The notes: generated by a model from the letters alone, not told the origin. DNA of 64,000 nucleotides from Adineta vaga (GCA_021613535.1 CP075496.1:7254001-7318000); one strand, 5' to 3'; counted from the first letter of the stretch, positions 1-14,735 are shown. Translations and numbers: made by a program.

Positions 1-698
1 AGAAAATGATTAGCTAGTCAAAAATTATACAAATGAATTCATTAATATTTGGAAAAGGATACAACTGGGTACATTATAAATGTATCCGATAATTGTAAGA
101 TCTAGAAAGTTATACATGACGATTTCAATGATATTTTGATTACATAATTAAAACTACATGAATTTATCATATAGCGTAAAATGATGTATGATAGTTTAAC
201 TAAGCTAATAAAAAATGTTCGCCATGTAGTTAGACGTTAATAAATGACAGTCATTATTCAAATAAGATATCTTAATCGTTGACGTCCTTAATCCTTTGGC
301 GACAGGGATCGTATATATACGTTTTTACCTTTGCTTAGGTTACAATTACAAATTTTTGTTTTCTTGATCAGCTCATACGAGTGATCTCACTTTCACTCGT
401 GTAATGATATGACAGGAGCATTGCCTAGCGTCACTGTGTATGTAAAATATTTCAAAATGCCTCTCCATGTTAATAAAGTCTATTTCAGCATTTCACTGGA
501 AAATCTGTTTTTCTTCAAAAATTCCCGTCGTCAAAGAGTTAAAACATCGATCCCCGTTGGCTTTTATACTTTTTCACGAAACAGAGATAAAATCTTTACA
601 TTATTATCAAAACCGGTAATAATACGATATTTTTCTCATGCGTGATGACTTCTCACGTCTAAAGCGTCATAAAAATTCAAACAGTATATTTCTTAATT

Positions 699-1691
699 AT
701 GGCTAATGTAAACGATACTATCACAACTCTCCTCAATCTTGATCAACTTATATCTAAATATTGTCTTGGTCTATCATTAACTCTAGGTATAGTTAGTATT
801 ACATTCAATACAATTATATTTACAAGAAAAACATTTCATAATACGTCCTGTATTCTATATCTTTTATCATCAACAATTGCTAATTATCCAATTGTTTTGT
901 TCGTTATTCCATGTCGTTTGTTAGCTGATGGATTTCACATTGATCCTACACAAACCAGTCTAATTTTTTGTAAATTTCGTGAATATACTCTAACAGTTTC
1001 ACGATCTCTTTCAGCTTGGTTTATTGTTCTTGCTTCCTTCGATCGATTAATGTCAACTTCACGACAAGTTTACTATCGACAATTTGCTCATGTTCGTATT
1101 GCTCGTTATACGATCGTTGGAACGACACTATTCGGTCTACTCTTCTATCTACCTATACCAATACTTTTTTCAATTCATATTCAAAATGATCAATGTGAAG
1201 CACCAACCAATACATATCGAATAACCAATGCATTTTTATATTCAATTTGTTATGTAATTATTCCCAGTATATTCATGTTATTATTCGGTTTATCAACAGT
1301 AAATAATGGTAAACGACAACGACGTATTGCTCCTATAACATCATCCTTAAATGCAATCAAACGTGATCGAAATTTATTTCTAATGATTTTTTTTCAAACA
1401 ATACTTTTCACATGTACAACATTACCACATGGTGGATTTAAAATTTACACTACAATAACTTATGACGATATGAATTATGATGTCTATCAAACTGTATTGA
1501 CAGCATTTCTTACTCATCTAGCACGAATAGTATCATTTATCAATCATTCGTGTCAATTTTATATATTTACATTGAGTTCAAAATTATTTCGAGAAGAATT
1601 AAGAAAATTTCTCTATCAAGTAGTTGGTATTCGATATAAGCGTCATCAACAACAAGTTACAGTTCTTAGAATTGAGAATCATGAACATTAA
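699..1691 (+). CDS. Rhodopsin-like (class A) G protein-coupled receptor, intronless
   Basis: 330-aa ORF with seven hydrophobic segments. TM3 reads FCKFREY...SAWFIVLASFDRL (DRY-like DRL). ECL2 has a Cys. TM7 reads NHSCQFYIFTLSSKLFREEL (degenerate NPxxY plus helix-8 FR). Confidence 0.9.
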   Translation: MANVNDTITTLLNLDQLISKYCLGLSLTLGIVSITFNTIIFTRKTFHNTSCILYLLSSTIANYPIVLFVIPCRLLADGFHIDPTQTSLIFCKFREYTLTVSRSLSAWFIVLASFDRLMSTSRQVYYRQFAHVRIARYTIVGTTLFGLLFYLPIPILFSIHIQNDQCEAPTNTYRITNAFLYSICYVIIPSIFMLLFGLSTVNNGKRQRRIAPITSSLNAIKRDRNLFLMIFFQTILFTCTTLPHGGFKIYTTITYDDMNYDVYQTVLTAFLTHLARIVSFINHSCQFYIFTLSSKLFREELRKFLYQVVGIRYKRHQQQVTVLRIENHEH

Positions 1692-4600
1692 ATCTATTCA
1701 ATTATTTTCTGCTATTTACGATTGATATTGATATAGTTTTATTATTTTTCAAGAATTCTATTCATATCGATGACGGGAAATAGCTTTTCGACTTCATGAA
1801 AATATATATTATCTATGAAGTGTCTTTCTTTATATGTAGTAGTATATACAATATTTCATTTTAATGTCAGATTGTGCCTTGCCTGTTCATTCCGTGGACT
1901 GTTTATGGAATGATTAACTTTTTAATGTTAAACAATAAAGAATAGATGATGTTGCATGTAACGGAACTTCTTCTAAGTTTTCATTAAATTAAAAGCTGAT
2001 AATTAGTATAATAGAGGAGTACGACATTTTTTTAAACTTGAAATTGCAGATATGTGTTGAATGATGATAGAGTGAGTAGTTCTTTGTAAACTTCGAAAAA
2101 TGATGTTTGGAATACACGAAGACTAATTACCTCTGTTCCTATCTTTATACAGTTTGATCATGAATCGTAAATAAAGTATTAATATAATAACCAGTCCAAT
2201 ACCGTAGAGACAATGTATCTTCAAGAGTCTCATTTATTACAAATCAATTTTCATTTGACTTATGTTTATGTATAATTTGACCGTGAAACGACATAGCCAT
2301 TTGTCATGAAATGAATATTGTTGGTCATGAATCGCTTGTTACGTTTAGAAGTTCCATTTATTATGTATTTCTTTTTCCTTCGGGTTTCTTTTTTGATAGA
2401 TAGCTAGTGTTAATCGACATCGACAAGATACAACAAATGAGAAAAGAAGATGTTGATGAGAATCTATCGATCTAGCATTGTTCATATCAATGTCACTCTC
2501 GATTTGTCATCAAACACTGTCTAATCTAAAACAGAAATGTGTATGGCTCATTAGAAATCATTTACAATCTACAGATTGCCGATTGTAATGTATCATGACC
2601 GAGATTTCTTTTCTTTTACCGTTGTATAATTGATCCTATTGTTAATTTCTTCCATTATATTCATTATTATGATTACATCGGCATGTATATATTCAAGGTT
2701 ATCATAGCTCAATCAAATCAATGAATAAAAGACGATGATGCTTGGACGAAAGGTCGACCGATCTCAGTGTGATCTAAGGGCTAGCTGATGTGAATATCTT
2801 GAATGAATATAATAGTTGGATAATAATAATTTATCAATATAAAGATATTTTCAAAAAATAACAAAAGAAAATATGTGTGACATTCTTGAACAAGACAAGA
2901 ATTTGTTTATATTATAAGAAAGAATGTAAAATGGAGAAACTTAGAAAAGTATTTCTTCTTTGTATTGATTGTGAATATGTGAAAATCATTTACTGAAGGC
3001 GTAAACTAATCCTATGATAACAATAAATACATAGTATTTATTCAAAATATGAATAAACATACAATGACCTATCAATTCTCTGTCTGGTTGTTCAGCTGCG
3101 TGTTGATAAATAGTTATGTACATATAATGTAACGATCATTTTTTGTATATTTGTTACGAGCAAAGGAAAAAAAACTAAAGATTACGTCAATTTATGAATA
3201 CTATTTCTCTTAGATAGTTCAATAATAGAGTTACTCGTTTACTTTCTTTCGTCTTACCGATCTGTATACGTCTAATCCGTATGATTCATGGACATTGTGG
3301 TACAATGGCAATTGTCACCTGCTGTTTTGATCATTGTATAGGTCTAAGAGAGCAGATGTGCAAGCCTATGTCAATAAATCATTCTGTCGATTTTCTTCTC
3401 TCTGTTGTACATATCCGTATACATACATAGTCTCATCACATTGATTGTCAACTTTTCATGTACGTATAGATGCTGTGTATGTTCCTTTTCTTTTTTGCTC
3501 GTCATCAATATCTAATCAACACAACATGTTGTTCTTTGTCCTACTTCTCTGATACACAGACGATGATCACATTTCATGTTGTTCTGATGAGATCATTTTC
3601 TATCTCGTAGTACTATTCTTAACAAAGAATATTGCTGTTTATCCTTTACTCAGTCATTTATTTGTTCGTCTGTTTGTTCGATAGCTCTTTGCGGTTTCTC
3701 ACGCATTCGTGTTGTCTATATTTTTATTATTCACGATCACAGAATTGAGTAAAGAAGATGAAGAAACGAAGCAAAGAAGAAAAAAAGAAAGAACAAACCG
3801 CAGACTGAAAAACTCCGCTAAAGAACTTTCTGTGGTATTTTTCTTTCTGTTTTTTTTCTTTTTTCTTCCCCTTTTCCCGTTTACTCGTTCATTTATTTGG
3901 TCACGCTCACTCTTTGCATCTCGGGTTTTCTCTCCTTCTCATTGCTAACCACGCACGCTCTCATACATAGACACACACACATGTCTCACTGTTGTTCATT
4001 GAATTTTCATAATGATAGTAAAGGTAGTTTTCTGAGAAGAGAAGAAAGAAAATGACATTGAAAAAGAAAAGATCGCTGTAAATACTATCTCTAGGGAACC
4101 ATTTGTAGCTTTTCTTTCTCAGACAGAAGAATAGTGAAATCGACGCAAATAACATTAAATTTTTTTTGTTCTTTGAAAGAAAACCAGAATGTGCTTTTAA
4201 TACAGTTGCTTGTGCATCAGCTGTTTTGATTATTCCGATAAAACCGACAATACTACTTAGCATTCTATATCAGAAAAAAAACGATTACTTCAAGGAATAC
4301 ATCTGAAGTCTTAAAAAGAAAAGATAGATTACTTCGTTACTTTATACAACAACATCCTCTACATATCGGTAAGATATATTATATTCTTATATATTCATAT
4401 AGATTAGATCAATATCCAACGAATAAAATGCTTTACAGACCCTGTTATCTGACATAAACATCATTGTTTTAGTTTGTCTTTCGTTATCTTTTTTGCGTGG
4501 TATATAACTTGTTAGAATGCAATTAAGAGAAGAAAAGGAAAGTATTTATTTGATAATGACGTTATGAAATACTTCTATAAAACTCAGAACCTCTTGTTTT

Positions 4601-6118
4601 TTCAAACAGCTGACAAAAAGAAAGAGAGAGAGAGAGAAAGTAAGAAATGAAAAATAAGTTTATTATTTATGGTGGTTTTTTCTCATCGACACTCTTCAAT
4701 TCTTTTTTCTGTTCTTTATTTGTAGCAATAATACTATTTTAAGATGATGATATAAAAGATCTCATGGCTGTATGGAGCTAAATGTTAGCGATTTTCTCGT
4801 CATTTGTTTGCCTCATTATTATCATCATCAACAGTAACTATAGACTGAATTCATTGATGACAATATCGTCACGTGCAAATAGAAGGATATTTATGTATGT
4901 TTTCACTGTTGTCAAAGTGTCTATATGACAAGTTCTTCCTATCTCTCTCTCTCTTTGTTTTTCTTTTTCTTTTTCTCTTCTCTAATTTTGACCATACTTG
5001 GACGATTACACGGAGTACTAGATGTCTTTTGTTGCTTACTGTTTATGCAGACTGTAAATAGAGAGACAGCTCTTGTCCTTCACATTTTTCTTCTTCGTTG
5101 ATCATGCACACTGTGACTTATGTCCTTGAAGATCAAAAAGAATCAGAGAGACAGTGAGAAAAAGAAAAATGAGAGATACGCATATGGGTATATTTGTTGG
5201 ATTGTAAAACATTAGATGTATTGTGATTATTATAGAAACAAAGCTACTGATAATCCGGAAGGTATATGTATAATATAGAACCGAGTTGATGTGTATCTGA
5301 CGACAACAACAACGACAGACAATAAGTAATAGGCGAAAAGAGAACAGATGATGCCAGAAATGTGAAGAGAAGAAATGACTAGAATGGCAAAAAAGAATGC
5401 CGAAACATAAATCGTGTCTTTTTCCTCTCTTCCTCTTCTCCTTCGATATTCCCATTTCTCATTTTATGGGACACAAAAATACACACACACAGACACACAC
5501 ACATATACATGTTTGCGAGAAGTGAACCATGATGCATATATGGAAGTGCATGTCTGATTAACTCGCGTATGTTATTAAGATCAACGATAGACCATTTTTT
5601 AGGAATCATATAGTCTCTCGTAACAAATTTACATCACTATTATCAGTCGATAAATGTCATTAACGAAAGTTTTTTTTTTCTATTCATTTCGTTACTCGAA
5701 GAAGTGTCAGTACCTGTCAATAGATCACGTTACGTTCTTCCTTTTGACGTCTTTATCTATGATCGTTTAGGAAAAAAAAAGAAGAAAATTAATCGAAGAT
5801 TAGATTGATCAATATAAACAAAAAAAAGAAATGAAAGAAAAAAAGGAACGAAAGAAAAATCGACCCGAGAAGAAAAGACGTGAATAAATGAAGGTTATAC
5901 TACAGGAAAAAATGACTCGTACACGTACAAGTTTAGATTCATTTCAATCAAAAATAACTTTTTCGTTGATTGATTTTTATATCTATTCTTTTATGATTAT
6001 GTTTTCTCTATTGACATAGATATACTTATTTCAAATCAATAAGATGGTAACAGATGATCAATAAAATCAATCGATTTTTTATCTTGAACATTGACAATCG
6101 AATTTCTACGAAATAAAT

Positions 6119-9110
6119 ATGTTAATTAAATATCTTCTATGGAAACATATCCTGTATATTTTCTTGATCATTCATTGCATCAAAGCAACTCATGTAAATC
6201 GTGTCAATCTAGCTCGATTACATCCATGCAATTCAATCAATCGACGCCTTGAGCATTACATTGAATGGACCGAAAAACTTGCTAGTACACAATATAAAGG
6301 TAAATGCACCTTTCTCTTTTTTTTCGTCTGTAATTGAGAAAAAAAAGACAACAGAATGAATTTGAAAAGTACAGTCTATCGATTCAATTTCCGTTTACTA
6401 TATTTTACGGTTCAACTTCAATTAGGAAAGGAAGACCTACAGGAACTTTTCTTTCGTTTTGGCAGTCATACTAACAAAAAAAACCGTTTTTTATACATCG
6501 TACGTTGAAACCTGTATAGGAGAAAAAACCTTTTTTCTTCTTCTGAAGAATCATTCTTCTCATTAATGTAACAGACATATCAAAAAGAAATTGATTTTAG
6601 CCTGTTTCGCATGCCAAACTAGTTCTTAAATGAAATTCTCTCATTGATCTTGATTCTCTATTCTATACACGTATTAACAATCTTTAATCATGAAAAACAA
6701 AACGAAAGAAGATAAAGGTATATTATTTCATCATTTAATTGAGATCTAGTTACAATACTATCAATGATAATCGAACGATATTTTCAATAATAATAATAAA
6801 CAAAAAAAATTAAATCACTTTTCTCGAGTGTATTTCAATTGTATCTTACTCGCTTTTTTCCTAATACAATAAACCAAATAAATTTATTTACTTTTATCCA
6901 TTTTGTATCCTTGAAAGATTGTCGTCTGAAGTCAAAAAAAAATATGTTTTATTAATAGGATGTCCATGAAATGAATTTTTCTATGGTTTCATATGAAATA
7001 AGTTATGAAAGATAAAATTTTCAATGTTGTTTTTTCAGTACAAAAAGATGCTTGTGGTCAAACTGGATTAGGTCCGGCCTGTTGTACAAATGAAATTTTC
7101 AATTCCTATACAATTACACTTGGGAAGGATCTCAAGAATCTTTTCGATGCTGAATTGAATCAAATAAAAGAATTACTATTCAATACAAATAAAAGACTTG
7201 ATAGTACGTAAATATTTCATTAGTAATTTGTCAAAAAAAACAAAACAAACGAATGACATTCTATTCTCTAGTTTGGTCAAAAGAATATTTATCTGAATCC
7301 CGTCGAATAACAATCTCATCTTTAGAAAGTATATTTGGTACAAAAGAATATCATTCAAATATTCATCACATCTTAACAACTTTATTTAATTTTCTTGGCC
7401 ATCATCGCTCATCTATCGATGATGTTTCAAAAGCAACGAATCAACTATTTGACGAATTAATTCTTTCATCATATCGTCGATTTGTTACTTATGATAATGA
7501 TATAATACTCGATGATCATTTACGAAATTGTTTAATTACAAAAGCATCGGATATCAATGCATTACCAGCTCAACGTGAATTGTTATATTCATTAACAAGT
7601 GCTACTTCATTATTACATATTTTACGCTCATTATTTATATATTTTGAAGCAGATATTCATCGTTTAAAAGCAAGTGCTACTTTAAATTCACATCAATGTT
7701 TACAACGTTATGTACGAGAATCATTATGTCCAATATGTATGAGTACATCATCATCGATTCCAGATGATAATGATGCATTATGTGAAGATAGTTGTCGATT
7801 TATTATGAAAACATGTTTCGAACAGACAAACAATCCTTACATAGCATTTACTTTGATCGCTCAAGGTTATTCAAATGTTATAAAAGAAATTCAAGAGTCA
7901 ATCGTTGAACTGAAGGTTAAAAAAAGCTCTTATAATTGAAAAAGAAAACTAACAAAATGTTTTGATGATTTATCTTTTGTAGCTTGTCGAACGTCTTTCG
8001 AAACTGCATATTTATTTATACGATATGGCTATTAATACAGCAAATAGTGAAAAAATCTATAGGAAATTAAAGGATGCCTGTCCAGATCCTAATCGAAAAG
8101 CTTTTAGTCCAATACTTTCTTTACCACCTACAATAAGTGAACGACATGAAATTATTCTCAAATGGAACGATACATTACATGCAACACTTGAACATCTTCA
8201 AATGTCAATTGGTAGTTTGAATGAAAGTTTACCTAAACGTATTATTAATGATATATGCTTGAATTCAAATTATGCTGTCAAATCAAGTCGATGTACAAGT
8301 ATTGATCAACATATGCCTGAGTAAGTCGAATCTTTAATAGAAGAATTAGAACATTAAGTAGACAAATACATCGATTTCGATATGAATTATTTTTGTTATT
8401 CATTTGATCAATGAAAGGTATATCATATAACAGATTATCTTTGAAAATATACTGATATGTTTGATGAAATTAAATATTACCTGCCAAGGATTTTTCTTTA
8501 CATATGCAAACGATAAATGAAAAAAAAACACAACAGATTGTTGTCTATCAAAAACAAAATTTGACTAAATTAAAGAAGAAAATATTTTGTTTTACTTTAG
8601 AAATTTTACTCAATGGCCACTTCCATTCTTTGAGTCGAATGCTGAAATCAGATCAAATCTCAATATTGATTCTACACGTGATCAATTGAATGATTTAGAA
8701 AAAAAACTGTTACCTATACGACAAATGATTATATCACTTCGACCAAAAGAAAAACCTCCACTTGTTTTCTACGTGCCATATTTTAATGAATCAGATTATT
8801 TCGAGACAAATGATCATCCAAATCCATCAATATTATATGAAGAAACGTATGAAAATGATATAAAAGAAGAACCACTTAGTGAACGACTTTATAATGAATT
8901 TGATCAACAAAATACAAGTATGTTTTCTAATAAAACTTCTTCAATATTGTTTTCGTATTATTATTATTTTTCTCTCTAGCTCGATCAAAAATACAAATTT
9001 CTCTTGAGCCAAATGCTAATCATTCGAGATTAATAACACATAATATCATCTCATATTTATTTGTTTTTGTTCTATTAATCATTCATAGAATCTCGTTGAC
9101 TAAATTATGA
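6119..9110 (+). CDS. Divergent glypican-like protein (signal peptide, Cys-rich core, C-terminal GPI-type hydrophobic tail), 6 exons
   Basis: Exons ~6119-6299, 7039-7204, 7272-7915, 7983-8320, 8601-8918 and 8980-9110 join in frame at GT-AG introns. Glypican Cys pattern: C..GPACCTNE; QCLQRYVRESLCPIC...LCEDSCRFIMKTC; KLKDACP. Ends in hydrophobic IISYLFVFVLLII. Confidence 0.75.
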
Positions 9111-10251
9111 ACAAGACATAAACTAATGAGCTTGTAAAGCCTTTACTTCAAATCATTTTTGTTTATTCTTTCGGATTGTGTATATTGATAACATTCATTC
9201 TGTTGTTATCATCCATCCAACGTACCTTATCTATTTTTTTTTCTACAAATGTCCGGTGTTTTGTCTAATATATGTCCTTTTTTTTTCTTTTGGTCTTTTT
9301 CTTTTCTAATTATTATTGTGAACAGTATAGATACTTTGTACTCAATAAAATTTTAATATATCTGATATTTTATGATTTGATATATCGATATGTATTCAGG
9401 TCTTACGAAAAACTCATGTGGTCTTCATTAATGGAATGTTTATTGACATATAGAAAAATACAGATCATAATCTTATGTTTATTCAAACCAAATATTCATG
9501 CTTGTTCGACATTCTTTTCTTAGAAAACAAAATACTTAACATTATTATGATTTATTGAACTTTGATATCTAATGAGAAAAAAATATGTCTTACTAAATAT
9601 GTACATTAATTCGTCAACTTATCGATTTTCTATCTTCGTCATGTTTAACAAATTCATTCAAGAAAATCAAGTTCGATAAGCAGTCGAATGGATCGATAAG
9701 CATTGGCAATGCGATAGTCCATTAGTGATGTGAAGCGAAGATCATTAGCTTGATCATGTATGACACATTGTAGTCGGATGATAGGGATGTATATATATAT
9801 ATATATGGTTATTCCAAAAATTTGACTCAAGAGTCAGATGATGATGCCATTTAGTTTGTCGGAATATGATTACATATAGATAGATGAGATTGAAGATTAG
9901 AATGCTGAATGTCATTATCGACACTATGTAATCGAGATGACAAATCGATCAAAAATATAAAATGTTAATCGCACACAATACAAATCGATGGATTAATGGA
10001 TCAGTCGATTATTTGTATCTGTAACATTAATTGAAATCGACAAAATCGAATGATTTATAACTTCTTCTTTTTTTTCGAAAAAAAAACAAGGCCATTTTCA
10101 ACTAAATCCTATACATTGATTCTCGAATTGCAAAGAAAAAACTGTTTGATTCAATTATTTGAACATTTTTCTCGTTTTCCTATTTTGTATTATAAAAACA
10201 ACAAGAGAGTGAACACATACATGGAATATGACTTGTTCTATATTTTTAGTT

Positions 10252-10611
10252 TTAATCTGATGTAATACGATTTGATACATTCGTTGATGCTGTTGACGAT
10301 GTTGATGATGTTAAACGTATACGTTTAACTGCATCTACATGACATGATTTACGTTTTTGTGATGGTATTGCTCGTTGATAAGGATTGATTTTTGTTCTAT
10401 TTTCTACATTTTGTATTATAACCGGTACGAGTACATCGTTCGAAGATGGTATCTTAATTAATGAATGAACTAAATCACAAAAATGTTTACGTGATTGTAG
10501 AAATGTTGAACGTATAAGTGATGAACGACGAAGACTTTCCGAATTTCGTGTTAATTGTAACTTATCGGTGGATATTTGCATGATACGAATACAATAAAAT
10601 AGGTCATCCAT
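10252..10611 (-). CDS. Small basic protein with an IER/SERTA-like N-terminal helix
   Basis: 119-aa ORF with coding-like codons. RIMQISTDKL...LRRSSLIRST resembles the SERTA/IER motif (I..ISL.KL...LRRSVLI.NT). NLS-like KRKS and KRIR. A splice acceptor (ttttatttcag) lies just upstream of the ATG. Confidence 0.45.
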   Translation of the reverse strand: MDDLFYCIRIMQISTDKLQLTRNSESLRRSSLIRSTFLQSRKHFCDLVHSLIKIPSSNDVLVPVIIQNVENRTKINPYQRAIPSQKRKSCHVDAVKRIRLTSSTSSTASTNVSNRITSD

Positions 10612-13600
10612 AGTTATTATTTATCTGAAATAAAATAAAACGACAAAAGTTTATTTATACTCGATGTGTCATTATTCTCTCGTTGATTCATTTTATTCTT
10701 ACATCATCTATTCATTCATGTCAAAACTACTGCGCATAGTAATTTCTTTTTTTCCTACATAGATATGAGTAAAAGAGAATGCTGTTCTTTGGTACACATA
10801 TAACAAAAAAAAACAGCGACTAACGGTAGTTGTAATAGATGTGCGTCATTACTCGTCTTTTCATTCTTCCTTTCCGAGATAATTTTACAGTAATAGAAAG
10901 CAAAAAAGAAATCTTTCTTCTTTTGCTTTTTCTCTCCATTTTTTCCTCTTTTCTTCGTTTCGATCAATCGATTATATCGATAGTCTCAGAAGAAAAACAA
11001 CAGGAAAAAAAAAGAACCTCCAATGTCGGATCTCGTTTTTTTTCTGCTTTTTCTTCCTGTTTAAATATGATTCAGTTTATATTAAGTAAATTCTGAGTTT
11101 TCTTTTTCTAGAAATAAATTTTCGAAGAATTATTAATGTAATTGTTTAAGTAGTGTGCAAGAAAAGAAAAGCAGAGAGATATTAAAGCGATCAAAATAAT
11201 TCTAGAAAGAAAATTTTAATAATGAATTTGAATCGATCTTAAACTTACTTTTAATTAGCTTAATTTGTCTTTTTTTAAGCTCTTGTTTATAATATCTAGA
11301 TTACACTGATGACAATTAAATATGTAAAGGCTTCGTCTATTTCAACATATTGTTATTCTTTTCTATTCATTCTCACTTATTCTATGGGTTTCATGCTCGT
11401 TGATTGTATGCATATATATATATATACATACATATGTACACCTACAAAACATACATTAAATGATTATTTGAAAACCTCTTTTTTTTTCTTCTCTCGTCTT
11501 TCTTAATAAAACAATATATGTGGAATCAACAAACATACATACATTAAAATATCGCACAAGTACTTTTTGGGTTCTTTCTTCGTTTCATTCTTAAGATCAC
11601 TTACGAACAAATATGTCTCATGTATATTCGTTTTTTTCTATCTCATTTTCTGAATTAAAACACTGAGCAGGCATGGACAGCAACAAAAACAACTGTAGAA
11701 GAAACGAGAATGAATAAGCGAAGAGGAGATAAATTCTTATTACGGTTAACATACGCACGCACGCACATGATTGATTATGCACACCGTCTTTGTCTTCTCA
11801 ATCAACTACGTTTTATCTTTTTTTTTCTTTCGCCCTTTCCCTGTCTGTCTCTCTCTCCCCTTCTTCCTATTCATATATAAATATATTGTTGCTTGCCTGT
11901 CTTTTTCTGCGTGCTTTCCGGATAATTATAGAATTGTAACTAAAAGAAAAACTAAGATAGAGGAAAAAGAATCTCTTGTTTCATCGTCACTCTTCACATC
12001 CGGCAAAGCTAATATTCTCGTAAGATAAAAATAAAAAGAAAAGAAAATCTTGTTTCTTTACTTGACATACTTAAAATGAATAAGATGATAAATGTTAAAT
12101 TATATAGAACAAGAATAATTCAACCAGAAAAAATGAGAATAAAATCGTTCTTTCGTCCATAAAATGTCAAGCTACTTATCTGATAAAGCTCAATATCCAT
12201 ATTGATCGAGCATGAAACGGACACGGGACGTGCGACATGTACATGAGACAAATAAATACAAATAAAGAACATTTGAGTGCTCCACATACATTCATTTCGT
12301 AAAGAAGAAGAAGAAGAAGAAAGAGAAGAAAAAAAGGCAGAATGAAGAATACTTCAATTTACTTGGTAAATGTCATTGTCCAATATTGTCACTCAAACGA
12401 AAGAGAAAGAAACATCAAAACAATAACTATACACTCATTGCATTCGGATTATTAAGGGTATATATATGTGTGTGTGTGTATGTGTACTCCATCAAAGTAA
12501 CAGTTTTGATTGTTTGACGATGTTAGTAACTTTATACAAGAGCTTTGATGAATCAATCAACGCATACACATACATACACTAGATTTGTGTATATATAAAC
12601 AAGATAATGTATAAACACTATTACGATAACAAATTTGAACACAATAGTACTCTATATCCGTTCATATTAATAACTATTGAGACTAAAAGAACTTGTTCGA
12701 TGTAAATGACAATCAATAGCAATTATGTTCTTGATAGAAAAATGTCTCAATATTTAACTAATAAGGAAATTTTGTTTCTCGAAGAAGAGAACATAGTCTG
12801 TATGTTGTCTTCGATTCAACGTCATACTGAAAATTCTTATTTAATTAGAGAACGGAAAGAATTTCTCGTTACACAAACGATTAACACTCGAATTTGTAAT
12901 GCTTTTCCAAGTGACATATCGTTCATATTGATGAAGTCTATTACCTTGTCGTTTTATTCTAGTTTTTCGCTCAAACTTACAGATATAAAAAGAATTTCTA
13001 TTGATCCTGTAGACTCTTACACACGCATGTATGCAGAGATTAGTGTCACAATCTACATTAATGAATGTATCATTTTATTGCATCGAAATACCAATAATCT
13101 TCTTACTTGAAAGTTATAAATAAAACGAATGATGAGTAGAAGTTTTCAATTTAAATGAGACAAAGTAGAGTAATCGGATTAGTCCAATATCTATGATCCA
13201 AATTCTTCATGTTAATACTCAATAGTATCTGAAACTTGAGGAATACAATCTTTTTATTACGAAAGATTTATTTTTATAGTTGTAATAGAAGTAAAAAACC
13301 TTAGATAATGACTTATTCTAATCGACATCATAGAAATTCTTGAGAAGAATGTATGACAGAATAAAAACGACGTAGATGATTCGATTTTGCTTGAAACCTT
13401 TTCAAAAACCAATGGTTAATGTGCACTTATTCATTATAGTAATGTGTGTCTGTCATTTAAGACATAAAATATTGAATCGAATTGAGTGGTCTTGTATTTT
13501 TCGAAGGTATAGATCAATAGTATTAATAAAACTAAAAAAGGTTTCAGAAGCTGTATGACTCATATCAGATATTTTGTTATTATTAATTCCTTCGAGTTCT

Positions 13601-14426
13601 ACACTTCAATAATCAATCATAGAACACTTACTCGCATGTAGGTTAATTTCTTCTTGTCAGACTTGTTTGTAATACGATTTTTACTGATGCGTCAAACAGA
13701 AATATCAGTCTGTTGTTATTATTATTTTTGTTCGACGTTGTGCTAGTATCTTTTCTTTCTTCGAGTGTCTAACAAGATTTATGCATCTCTTATCAAAATT
13801 TCCGTTCTTTTAAATAAATCCTATTAAATCTTTGTCAATAGCGTAAGAATGAGAAAATTAACAGAAAAAAAATAACTCATTTCCGAACTTATAGACTATG
13901 TTATTTAACTTTAATACATATGCTAATCATTAGAATTACATCATTCTCATTTCGATCCAACACTAAACATTAACATTCTGTATATAATTAGAAGTATTAA
14001 CCATTCTCCACAGAATACGATATTTGTATTTTAAAAAATTTCATAATCAACTTGTTCACAACAATCTAATAACGCACCTTTACACATGTTAGCTAGTTCC
14101 TAATTTACTTTGATTGTATGCCATACTCTTGTATGTTCATTCACCGAGAGAAAAAAATCTGTTTCTATTCAATGTCGTTCTTCTTTAATAAGTTATTTTT
14201 GGAGATTTTGTGTCTATTAGAGTACAAATAATTCATCGATCGTTAATCTTACAATTGAAATATTTTGTCGTGATAAATGATAAAATCATATAATATACAA
14301 ATACATTTCTTCATGCAAATAATTGTTAAATCAAACGAAAAATGTTTAGTTTAAGAAGTTTTCAAATACAATAAACTAAGCCTTTTCGCGTAAAAACAAC
14401 GTCGTAATAATCAATACATACTTTAT

Positions 14427-14514
14427 TTTCTTTTTAAAACCGACGAAATCATATTTCTTTTTAAAACCGACGAAATCATATTTCTTTTTAAAACCGACGA
14501 AATCATATTTCTTT
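14427..14514. repeat. Perfect 27-bp tandem repeat (TTTCTTTTTAAAACCGACGAAATCATA), ~3.3 copies
   Basis: Identical units at 14427-14453, 14454-14480 and 14481-14507, plus a partial unit. Confidence 0.95.
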
Positions 14515-14735
14515 ATATGTCAGAAGATTGACTCCTACTTGCTTTCAGAAATCGAAAATGGTGTTTATTCCAACACTGGTTGAGAACAGACAAATACTAA
14601 TATTGACTTCTTCGTCTTTTTTATTGTATGGATGACGTCAGTGAATAAAATTGCGTGGTTTTTGTAAGAGAATCATGTCTAACATAAATCTTATTATATA
14701 TTTCCAACACATTTATCATGTCTTATCCTCCCGTT

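Noticed and set aside
288-325. TTAA-TCCTTT...CGTATATATACG as a piggyBac-like terminal repeat
   Set aside because: I found no matching second end or transposase in the window; too short to support.
3700-5620. Short F/K/L-rich ORFs (also at 9272, 10755-13558, 41438-41898, 43724-47424, 56941-57373)
   Set aside because: They are translations of poly-T/poly-A and CT/GA/CA microsatellite-rich non-coding DNA, with no motifs or splice support.
14427-14514. 27-bp repeats as a CRISPR array
   Set aside because: The units are contiguous with no spacers, the context is eukaryotic, and there are no cas genes.
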